Shown here piece by piece: positions 27,321 to 38,686 of a DNA stretch of 64,000 nucleotides. Source of the stretch: Lepidodermella squamata (taxonomy: Eukaryota; Animalia; Gastrotricha); assembly GCA_047495785.1 (NCBI GenBank), contig JBLDXI010000007.1, positions 3,720,001 through 3,784,000 on the forward strand. The letters run 5' to 3'. The notes below the pieces were generated by a model that was given only the letters and a program-made list of their open reading frames with translations, made no database searches and was not told where the DNA came from. Position numbers and translations under genes: made by a program. Every line of letters begins with the position of its first letter. Position 1 is the first letter of the stretch.

Positions 27321-29185
27321 ATATACTTATATAAACCTTTGTTCAAACACTTTACATCGGTGTTGTTCAAACACCAAGTTGATTGAATGACATGCCGGTT
27401 TTTACTTCGGTTATTACCTCAAATCACCGATCGTGATTTGGCAGGTCGACCCTCAACCTAAGGTCAAATCACTTCCATGAAGAAACTGATTCCACCATTG
27501 AAATCCTCGGGGATGGCTACGAAAAATCCGACATCGTGATCAGCTTGGCCGATTTCATTTTCTTTGTTCTTTCTTTATCTATCTTCATAACTCAGAGCAA
27601 AATTCATCTTTAGAAACGCTATATGGGCTATGGGAAGGTTTCTGTGCAAAAGGCAAGGTCAGCCTTAGATCGTGAGTTTGTTGTTGTTTGCCTTTACAAG
27701 TTGTGCTTCAGATGCAACTTGTAAATGATGGATTTTGGTGGAAAAAACGAGGTCAACCGAGTAAAAACGCCCCGGGAAAAGCTGTTGTAATCACCGTGAA
27801 CAACACAGCTATCAATCAATGTTAACTAATTTTCGAAGTTCGATTAGTTCTATCGAAGTTCTATATCTAAATATATTCCCTGTGTATCGAGCCACCAGAA
27901 ATCGTCCGGTTTAGATAAAGTCCGGTTTATACCGGTCCGGTTCAAACAACGATCACTGTAAGTGAAACCTTTCTTTCATCTCTTTTACGGGTAACCTCTG
28001 GGGAATGTGCAATTTTTCGTTGCGATCGGGTGCAGGACTTCGACCTTCCACGATCTTGTTGGTCAATGGCGCTCGTGGTGGTGCTGCTCTGTTTGTTCGG
28101 GGGGGGCGCTCTCGTGGTCGCCGAGCGGCGGCTGGCTGGCTGGTCGCAAGCTTAGTGAGTGGCTCGCTTTGGATGTTTTCCCTTTCGCTATCTCGAACCG
28201 CCGGAATTATCGATTGAGAATAAGTTATGAGCGATCGAAAATCATCTGATTTGTTTACTTTTCCAACCACTCGATGCTGATTCATCACATCACCTGGCAC
28301 CCATGCATTACAGGTTATTCAGGAGTAAAACTAGCTATATGCGCACGTCGGTCGCGCACACAGGTTACGCCCACGAATGTTGCGCACGAGTTAGGTTGCG
28401 CTCTTCATGTTGCACTCTTGACTTATGAGCTCAAGTCAATAACTTAAGAGCTGACACCTGCTCTTACCCGTGTCCACTCATTCGGGATTTGCTTCATTTT
28501 CATTCATTTAACGTAAACGCCGCATACGGGCAGCATTTGAAACGGCCGGAGTGCGGACAGGCAAAACGCTATTACCCAGTCGGGCTCGGGTATACCCGAA
28601 TGCGTTCGGGCACGTTTCTGACTTGGGCCCCAACATTGCGCTCGCTGATTTTCACATTGATTGATTGTAACACGCGCTTAGATTCCGGACACTTTCCACG
28701 CGTGAAACACCAGGGCACCAGCGTTCAGTGGCTCCGTTGTTCCATATTCGCGGTGAGATACTCAGCGCGCGTTTATAAATTTGTCTAATATTTTTCTTAT
28801 TCGCCCACGATTTAAATGTGTAGTTAAAAACTCAATCCTTTAACGATATCAAGCTTCGACACAGTTATATATGATAGTTGTATTTTTTGCCTTCAGAAAT
28901 TGCATGCTGACATAAGCACTAAACTGGGAAATAAAACAATCAAGTTTACAACCATTTACAACCTGCAATCAAACTTGGCCACGTTTTCGAAAATTTTCTA
29001 TTTAAAATACCCAGGCCAGTTTTTGAATTATGCGCCTATAGCCTGTTGGTACTAAGAAAAAACTATACGCCAAACGTGCCAGGTCGATGAGTAAAGACAA
29101 AGCAATTTCTTCGGTTGTAGAATCATCATTCAGCTTTCATCTCAACACTTATACAATAATCGTAAATCTTCTAACCGAAAATAAT

Positions 29186-30246
29186 ATGTCGTATTTCTCA
29201 GCTGTTCTTGCCTCAGGCATTGTTGCCATATTCATCGCGCAAAGTGAAGGTAAGTCTTCGATCAAATTTCCATTCAACAGGGGACTGCAACTCACCTTTA
29301 TGTTTAGCTATCAAATGTTACAATGCTGAGAGTTATTCGCATGACATGGACATGGATGCTATTTCGTCTCTCCTGCCCGATATGATGCCCAATATGTCTG
29401 GCACTGCGAGTTCGGAAGCTAATGGCACCCTGCCTTTGAACGCAACGATTGAAGACAACTGCAAATACTGCATGGTAATACCCTTCGTCGATTTACTAGA
29501 TCAGCTGAAACTTCGAAACTGTTAATCATTGAAAGAATATTACAGAGAAATTCCCATGGGTCACAACTATTTCTTTATTAATCTGGCTTTTGTTTTTCTT
29601 CTCGGCTTTAGCGCATGAGTACTCGAAGTTTCCTAACTTTCAAGGACTTCGTCACAGAAAATGATACATCCATGCCGTCATCCATTGCTGACAAGAAATT
29701 TACCTTCACCATGTCCTATTGGACGTGTGGTGGTGAAGACTCTCCACGTAGCACAACCTGGTCATCGACTGTAACGACGGATTCGACTACCACGCGTTTC
29801 ATGACGACGAGCAACATCGTCTCAGAGCCAAGCAAAGGCAACTCGTTGTTCGCTAACCTCAACCTCGGTTTTATGCGTGGTCTCCGTGAGTCGCTAAAAC
29901 CTCTATAAATTCTCCCATCGAATCGCTGTTTTCGAAGTTCAATTAATTATCTAAATGTATTTCATGTTAATTTTACCCGACAACAGCTGAATCTGCGTCG
30001 GATGGTAGCGATGAGGTTGGCTGTTATGTCATGTCTGCAATTAACAAAATGCCAGGCAGCGTTAAAGGTTACGTGCAGTCTTGCATGTGTTGCAGTGACG
30101 AGTAAGACTAGCAAATTTTGCGATCTCGACTCCTTAATTTCAATATGTTCAATGACAGATGCAACAAGGATGCCAATTGCGGTATGAATGACGACATTAA
30201 GGAGGCTTATGGCGACAAGGTATGTGCAAATGACAACGGCAGCTAA
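29186..30246 (+). CDS. Ly6/three-finger-like protein D (no hydrophobic tail)
   Basis: Signal peptide MSYFSAVLASGIVAIFIAQSE; IKCYNA, CKYC, WTC, CTCC-type motif (CACCSD), CN; stop at 30244-30246 after NDNGS. Confidence 0.65.
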
Positions 30247-30444
30247 ACACGTTCCAGTATGTGCTTCCGAGGATTTTTTTGAACATTTTGGCAAAAATTG
30301 ATGCCAACAAACGAAAACATCTTACGATTTACATTTTACGAGATAATTTATCGCGTGACCAAGCATAATAAATAAAAGAAGTTCCAAATCAACTATCATC
30401 TGTCCGTTCACTGACCTGAATTTTAGGTCTCGACTAATCGTAAC

Positions 30445-30782
30445 AGGGTGTGACTTTTTTCATCCGGCCAATGTCTTATTTCATCCGACAACTAAAAATG
30501 CGACTGAAATCATCCGACAGGAAAATATCAATTTTCTCGATTTTCCCGAGTTCGATTTTTCCGTAGAGGCATACCTGTTTTTTGCATCCTACTTTGGCCC
30601 CTGAACCGGCAGGATTTTATGGTGAAAGATTTCTGGCGATCCGAATAGTCATTTTTTTACTGTATTTTTTTAAATAGGAAAAAGCAAGTCGGCAGGTTTT
30701 AGTCACATTTTTGGTTGTCGGATGAAATAAGACATTGGTCGGATGAAGAAAGACATTGGTCGGATGAAAAAAGTGTTTCCCT
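30445..30782. mobile_element. MITE-like insertion with inverted termini
   Basis: tttttcatccggccaatgtcttatttcatccgacaactaaaaatgcgact is inverted at 30700-30775. Flanked by a TAACAGG direct repeat. The paralogous site at ~36695 (gtaacaggacacgcat) lacks the insert. Confidence 0.75.
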
Positions 30783-31629
30783 CCTAACAGGACACGCATG
30801 GAAGGGGTAAATACCGTATTTGTTCCTACGGCAGCCCAGGCTACTAATATTTCAATCGTCACAAAATTATGGAAATTAATTTCTCTTAAATCGTGTTTCC
30901 GACCTCAATAGCTAATATTGATGACTATTTCGATCGAATGATTCCTTGTGTGTAATCTTGAAAAAACATTTCCCTGCACTTCTCACACGAATGGCATGGT
31001 TAGAAGGCGGAAAATTGGCACAATAAATCGGGATTTATTGAAATTCATTGAGCTCACGGAATGTCCAGTTGCGCGCGCGCGCGCGTTGCGGAATGCGCGC
31101 TAAGGACAAGAGATGAAATGAAAGTTGCTGAATTAACTAAGAAAATAGAGTATTCATATTTGAATTTGAAAATTTTACATTTTAAATTTATCATTTCAAC
31201 CACCTCAACTAGGTCGGCCCTCAATGGCTAGTACGCTGCATAAGGCGATTTTTAAGTGTAGCCTCTATAGGGAATATGCAATTTTCGTTGTGATCGGGTG
31301 CAGGACTCCGGTGATCTGTTGCTCAATGGCGCTCGTAGCGGCGCACGAGTTAGGTTGCGCTTACGGGACATATTTTGAAATGAACTTATTCAATATTGAA
31401 ATGAATCAATTATTTAATCATTCCAATAGCTCGGATAACCAAGTCAACAATAGAAATAAGACATTGCCCGCTAATCATCAAAAATTAAATTCACATCTCA
31501 GCATTTTCGGCGACAAACCAATGCTTACAAAGGAATTCAATCATGATTTCTATGATTTTCTAATTGATTGATTATATTACGCGCTTAGATTCCGGACACT
31601 TTCCACGCGTGAAACCCAATGCACCAGCT

Positions 31630-34421
31630 CGTCGGTACAGCGGTTAAAAGTGCCAAGTGCGATTTTCAAAATTTTTCAGGAGGCGAAAAAAACGTAGTTT
31701 TTCCGTTTTAAAATTCCTATTTCTCGTTTATCAGGGGATTTTATAGGGTAAGAATGGCCGGCGAACATGATGGTACAGTCTGTTTTGGACGGAAGTGCGA
31801 ACGTGTTATCCCACCTGAGACTTGGCACATTTACTCCCGATACTAATATTAATTTGTACACTCAAAACACATAGAAATACGTTAATTTCATTCCAAAGAT
31901 CTTTTATTTCCACTCACTTCTCCTGGTGTAAGAAAGAAAATTCATTTTCACTCTTATTTGGACCTTTTGCGAAGTTGCCACGTTGGCTTCCAATCATCAG
32001 GAGACGCCTGAACGGGTTTCGGTTGCGGTGTCTTTGCGATTCTTGGCTTCCTCACCACCGGCTGCGGAACTTCTACATCCGAGACCTCCTCAGCTCGACT
32101 AGTAGACGGTTCATCTGAAAGTTTTTTAGACCCTGATCCACTTTGTACGGCCATTTGAGTACCGATTTTGCGTGGCCGTCCCCTCGGCACTCGCGTCACG
32201 TTTGTGCGGGCGACGTTGTCTTGACCAAGCTCTGCATTGAAGTCTTTCAACTCGGAGATATCCGGTTCCGGTAGGCAATCACGAACTGTGGCTAGCGACT
32301 GGAGGTTTGCATAGAAGGAGTGGAATTCTCTCGGGATTAATGGCTTGTTGGGTTGAATCAGCTTCAACAGATCGTTGTGTTTTGCAACAGAAATAGGCAG
32401 AGGAGCTTCGTATAGCCTGGGAAACGGAAGTATGGAATCCTCATCAAAGCTCAGGCGTACTTCGGAAAATTCATCGTCGTAATCCTCGGCAAAAAATATT
32501 GAGCTGGGCTTGGATTTCTCAGCACGTATCCGATGGGATTTAGAGAAAAACCCGTCCAGTTTTCGTGACGACTCCCCGATTCCAAACGAATCGGCAACGG
32601 CTTTCACGTCGAGCCAGTCAGCGTAGCCCATTCGGACGAACTCATAGTTGCTGCTAGCCTGGGCGATGTCAATAAATTGCTGGGTTGTAAAAAATTCGCG
32701 GTGCGAAATCGCCCGTCCTAGTACGCTGTCGCCTTCATTCTGGGTATGACCCACTTCGAAATAGTTGATCTGAACAGAATCCAAAGACAGTTCACGAACT
32801 GCTCTCAAGAGGATAGCGACAACTTGCTTATTCTTCCCTATGTGGGGAAATAAAATAATCAACAACTCTTTGGAAATCAAGGCTTCATTTACCTTGCGCG
32901 CCACAATTATCGGCCCAAGCGTTAAAGCGCTTAACCCCTCGGTCAGAAGCATCGAGCAAAACTCGCCACAAAATAGTAGCAATCTCGCAGGATCCTCGCC
33001 CGCCGTCCGTTTCGTCCCAGACAAAATTAATAGGTTTCCGATTATCGCCATAGAAGTAGATCGTTTCCGTGAAAATTGTCAATTTTCGGCTGAAGACCAG
33101 CTCCTTAATATTGCTTTGCGGTAAAAGCACGACTTTCATCATGTCGAAACATATAACGACATGCGTTTCGCTCACCGAGAATTTCATCAGATCCTTAGTA
33201 GTCCGACCTTTGTCCTTCCGTTGAAGATGAGCGGCTTGCCTATCTTCTTCGACTAGCGGCACCGGCTTCTGCATCTCTTTATACGAAAAGCATTGACCAC
33301 ACTGGTCCTTTATAGGCGAATGGATAGCTAGATTCAGGGAATGAAAAATTTCGCTGAAAAACTGGTACGAAGGGGGTTGCGGCTCATCGTCATCATCGCT
33401 GTCGCAAGACCAGTCGGCTTCGTAATACTCAATAAGGAGCCTGGAATGATACTCATTCAGCAAGCCTTGGATGGTCCAGGTTGATTCGAGGTACTTCTTT
33501 TTCGAGTCCTTCCGACAATAATGCGACTCCACCGCTGGCAAAGACAGCAGGAATGTACGTATTTGGTCTCGCCGTCCCATGCTCTCTAACGATCGCTTGG
33601 TCGTTCGAAGGGCGATATTCGTCTCCGGATTGCCATTGGCACGTTCAACAACCGACTTCGAAATGCCCAGAGTTCCCAAGTAGCACGTTCGGCAACACGG
33701 CTTGTTTCTGACATAAAACCGGCTGCTGAAGTCCTTCGCAGGGCGCGACCCGTCGCCAGTTCGTCTCTCCACAGGAACTCTCTCAGAAGTGTTACGAATG
33801 AATGACCAGCGATCTTCCATCTTCAAAACTTGAAATTCCTCCCGAACAATTCTCCGCAATTCCAAATTTTGAAGGCAATCCTTCCGACAAGTAGTAAAAG
33901 GCACAACACTAGATTCCCCAACACCGTTGTAGCTACGCTTGCGAAGAGCCTTCTTTGCCAAGCGCATGGCTATGCATTGTTCGACCAGGGAATCCAAGAA
34001 CCCGTCGACGAATTCATTATGCAAACGGTTGACGCTACGATCGATTTCGGCATCAATCAACTTGGCAATTTCATTAAAATTCATGATAAGAGATTCTCCA
34101 ATAAGGCTTTCAAATAGATAGCTTACTAGTGTTTGACTGCTCGAATAGACGATTTTCCAGCTTAAATTTTACTATTACGGTGCTCATTGATTGTTTTTTG
34201 CGAGCACGCGTTGCTATTTTCAATAAAAATCCTAAGTGCGATCACTTGGCATTTTTAATGCTGATATGAATTCTCGCAAAACTTGGCACTTTGTTGATAA
34301 TCGACGAATTCAGAAAAACTAACAACACCACGACATCGGCCATATGTAATTAGGCTAGAAACTTTGAAAAACTCATTTTTGAAAAATTCTGTACTTGGCA
34401 CTTTTAACCGCTGTACCGACG
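31630..34421. mobile_element. Sola-type (DDD/E) DNA transposon, apparently full length
   Basis: Perfect 29-bp TIRs cgtcggtacagcggttaaaagtgccaagt. 4-bp duplication AGCT at 31626-31629 and 34422-34425. Paralogous empty site at ~28715-28726 (gcaccagcgttcag). Confidence 0.9.
31954..34084 (-). CDS. Transposase, two exons (34084-32893, 32837-31954), ~691 aa
   Basis: Motifs ESHYCRK, KDQCGQC, CFDMMKV..LP, WDETDGGRGSCEIA, WADNCGAQGKN, GHTQNEGDSV are typical of Sola transposases. A 55-nt GT..AG intron (32892-32838) joins the two listed ORFs in frame. Confidence 0.85.
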
Positions 34422-35188
34422 AGCTTCAAGACGCTCTGCTGTCCCATTTTCGCGGCGAGAAACTCAGCGCGTGTTTATTAATTTTCAAATATTTTATTTC
34501 GCCTACGGTTAACATTTTTTCACTTAAAACCTTTAATGGCGTCAATCTTTGACAGGGTTATATGATAGTTGCATTTTTTGCCTTCAGAAATTACTTGCTG
34601 CTGTAAGCACTAAACTGGGAAAAAAATACAGCCATTTACAACCTGCAATCAAGCTTGGCCACGATTTCGAAAAGTTTCTATTTAAAAATACCAGGCCACT
34701 GTTTAAATTGCGCGCCTACAGCATGTTGATACGAAGAAAAAACTGTACGGCAAACGTGCCAGGTCGATGAGCCAAGTCAAAGCAATTTCTTCCCACGTCA
34801 TAGCTGAGCTAAAGCCAGGGCACGAAATAATGCAGCTGGCCGCATATAAAGTCAGCATTCAGCGACAGTTGTAGAATCATCATTCTCCTATGATGGAGGC
34901 TAGTAAACGAAGCAGAAATATAGTGTTTCAAAGTGCTCATTGTCAAAGAATGCAGAAACACTTGTTTCAGACAGCTTTTTTTATTATCGTTTTTTCCTGT
35001 ATACATACAATATCCCTTTTCCTGCGTTTCTCCTAGTTTCTAATAGTTGGAGAGGATAAAAGCAATCTTGGATTCACTCAGAATGCAAGAAAAGTGTTTA
35101 TGCATTCTGAGTTAGTCCAAGATTTCATAATTCGGCTTTTATCTATTTAGAGGCTTGCCCAATAATCGTCGATCTTCTACCCGAAAAT

Positions 35189-36505
35189 ATGACGTATTTC
35201 TCGGCTGTTCTTGCCTCGGGCATTGTTGCCATGATCATCGTGCAAACTGAAGGTAAGTCTTTGATCAAATTTCCGTCTAATAGTGGACTTCACTTCTCCT
35301 TTATGTACAGCTATCAAATGCTACAATGCTAATAGTTTCCCGGCCATGAGCGACGAAGTTATCTCGGCTCTCCTGCCCCAATTGATGTTTGGCACTGCGA
35401 GATTGGAAGCTAATGCCACCCTGCCTTGGAACGCCACACTTGAAGATAACTGTGACTACTGCATGGTATGCCCCAGTTTGATAAATCTTCATTGATTTTC
35501 AAGATCAGATGAAAATTTGAAACAGTAAATCATTGAACAGGGCACATAGTCGCTAATTTCCCAAGCGAAAATGTTCGGATTTTGGATTTCGGACAAGTAA
35601 TATAGGAAAAATCAAAGAAAAATCAATAAAATAGCAAATAATTATTTAGATCTAACTTCGATCTTTTTGGATCAATTTTGAAATTTTGATCCATATTTGA
35701 TCTTTTATAAGGATCAAAAATTTAAGCCACTGATGACGAAATTCGATCCACAATTGATCCAATTGTGCAAAATCAGTAAATATTAATTCAAAGGACGATT
35801 TTTTAACTTCGACGAAGCTTAGCGACTGATTTTCAAGACGAGATGTTTTTCTTCTCGTCTTTAGCGCATGAGTGCTCGAATTTCCGCAACTTTCAAAGAC
35901 TTGGCCGGAGATAAAGGCAATGGCTCGGGCATGCCGTTGTTTCTTGCTGACAAGAGAGTAGGCTTCACCATGTACTATTGGACATGTGGTCGTAAAGGCG
36001 ATCAACGGAGCACAACCTGGTCATCAACCTGGTCATCAACCTGGTCATCAACGCCGCGCTCGACTACCACGCGATTTATGACGACGAGCACCATGGGCAA
36101 CATCGTAACAGAGCCAAGCAAAAGCAACTCCTTGTTCGATAACCTCAACCTTAGTTTTATGGGTGGTCCGCGTGAGTTGCTACAACCATATAAATTCTCT
36201 CTTCAAATAAATTATCTAAATTCTTTAACCTGAAAACAGCTGGTTCTGCGTCGGCTGGCAGCGATCAGGCTGGCTGTTCTGTCATGTCTGCTCTTTACCA
36301 AATGCCAGGTAGCATTAAAGGCACCGCGCAAGCTTGCACGTGCTGCACTGACGAGTAAGACAAGCCAAATTTGTGATTTCGATTCTTTAATGATATCAAT
36401 ATTTTCAATGACAGATGCAGCAAGGAGGCAAATTGTGGTATGAATGCCGACATTAAGGAGGCTTATGGCGACAATCTGTGTGCGAATAATGACAACGGCA
36501 ACTGA
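35189..36505 (+). CDS. Ly6/three-finger-like protein E (no hydrophobic tail)
   Basis: Signal peptide MTYFSAVLASGIVAMIIVQTE; IKCYNA, CDYC, WTC, CTCCTD.CN; TWSS x3 micro-repeat; stop at 36503-36505. Confidence 0.65.
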
Positions 36506-38686
36506 ACATGTTCCACTGGTGCTTCCGATGCTTTTTCTGAACATTTTTGGCAAAAAATGAGGCTAACAAACGAAAACATTTTACATTTTTACTTTATCAC
36601 GTGACTAAGCAATAAATTAAGGTCCAAATCATACTGTTTTGACACATAATCATCTATTGATTCACTGACCTGAATTTTCAGTCTCGGCTAATTGTAACAG
36701 GACACGCATAGAAGGGATAAATATTCTAGAATTTTGATGTTTTTGTATTTTGAGTCACTTTGTGCTAGGCTAAATTGTTCTTGTCCTTGTGGCTTTCACG
36801 CCCGGTTAGTTTGCTTTACGCTTAATGCTCTGCTGGCCATCAGGTGTGAAAAATACTATCTCACGTACCTTGAAAGGCGAGTTCTGACCTCAATGACTAA
36901 TATCGATGACGAATTGATCGAAAGGTTCGTTGCGTCTAATCTCGCAAAAAGATACCCCCGCACTTCCCACGCGAATGACACGGTTACAAGGCGGAAAATT
37001 GTCGTGAAAAATCGGAATATCTTGAACTCGATCGTTTGAAAATTAGTGAATCACGGAAGCTCAAGACCCTCCACTAAAGACACGATCCGATGAATGATAC
37101 CTAATTAAAATTGAAAATTAATAATTAAAAAATATGTATTCAATAATTAGGTCATTTTTAATATGAATGCAGTAAGTCTCGAATTTCAGTATTTCCCAAA
37201 ATTAGCGCAGCCTCTTTTTATACCGAGAAAAACCTTGAAAATGGTCTTGAAAAAATAATAATTTACTGCGGACGTATTAATTAGAGTATTCAGGGTATCC
37301 AAACCAGCATTGGATTTTGCAAAAAAAACATTCGGAGGTTCACGTTCGCTGGAATTTCGCGGTTGCAGAGCTGCTATTGATTTTTACATTATTTATTTTA
37401 CATCAATTATTTCTCGATATTTTTCAATACAATCGGCTGAAATTCTTGGTCGACGAAAATGGCATCTGTATATATTTTGGTAAATAAATTTTAAAAAAAT
37501 CGAATAAAAGGTGGTGGATTTTATTGATAGGTACATTTAGAAGTTTAGAACCATTTTTCGGCGAATAAAAATAGGCAATTATTGGTAGCTTTAATAAATC
37601 TGAGTTGAGTTTATTACGTGACCTAATTTCACCTTATTAGCGTATTCCTATACTTCCTATACTCCAATACGTACCCGATTATTTAATTTTAAAATGTGTA
37701 TCCTCTCCATCGCCTAATAAAATCCCTCGAATCGGATGCGAATAGTGATTTGAAGAAAGCAGTCTTCCGCTATCCGAAATGGTCTCGGGATTTGCTAGTT
37801 TTCATGCCGCAGGTTTTGCATTGTTTTAACTGATACCTATTGCTGTGTATTCTTCATTTTCTAATTTGCACCTGACTTTATTTGGTTGTTGTGTTCACCG
37901 TCGATTTAGCTAAAAATCTTTCAAATGTTAGCCATTCGATTCGCGCGGCTGATTTCGCTTGCCGCTCGACTGCTTCCCAGGTTTGCAATTTTAAGAACAA
38001 CACGTGTCTTAATTGTTTGTGACCGCGGGATAGTCGATCGCCCCTCTACCCTGGCGCCCCACTCAGCGCAAAAAAATGACACGCTTCACCTGCGGCAAAT
38101 TATCTCTCGAAAAATCGCAACTTCACCTGTCACCCATTAGCGTAATTAAATTTCGTTTCACTGCGTCATAATTTAGGCAGTCGGCCGCGAAAAATGAGAC
38201 GTTTAGTGTGATATTTATTTTTATTTATTCATTAAAATGCTGGCATTATTTATAATTTAAGTTGGCATTGATACACGTGGGTTACGTTACAATGACTTCG
38301 ATTAATGAAAACACGAGCGATAATCTGATGATAATTATTAATATTACCAAGTATTTGTACACACGATAAAAAGAAGGCGGGTTGCGGAATAAATCAAGCG
38401 AGAAACAAGCGTTGACGATGCGAAGCGAGATCTGACCAAGCGAGACGACGACCGAAAATGACTGAACAAGACACGATGAGCAACTACGATTCGATCGAGA
38501 GAAGAATCCAGAAGGGGGAATAAGAGACAGAATTTACAGATAGAAAAAACACACCGGAAGTCATCAAATTATTTCATCAATTATTCTTTTTTTATAAATT
38601 AAATTTCAAATAAAATTTCAGAAAAAGTGATTGATGTCGGCAAAAAAAGAGAAATTTACATTTAAAATTAATTAATTAGAGGTTCA

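Noticed and set aside
27953-28300. 115-aa Pro/Arg-rich ORF
   Set aside because: Lies in a duplicated intergenic block (partial copies at ~15170 and ~31270) with no conserved frame.
32838-32892. Programmed frameshift or pseudogenisation between the two transposase ORFs
   Set aside because: Better explained by a canonical 55-nt intron that restores the DNCxxQxKN motif.
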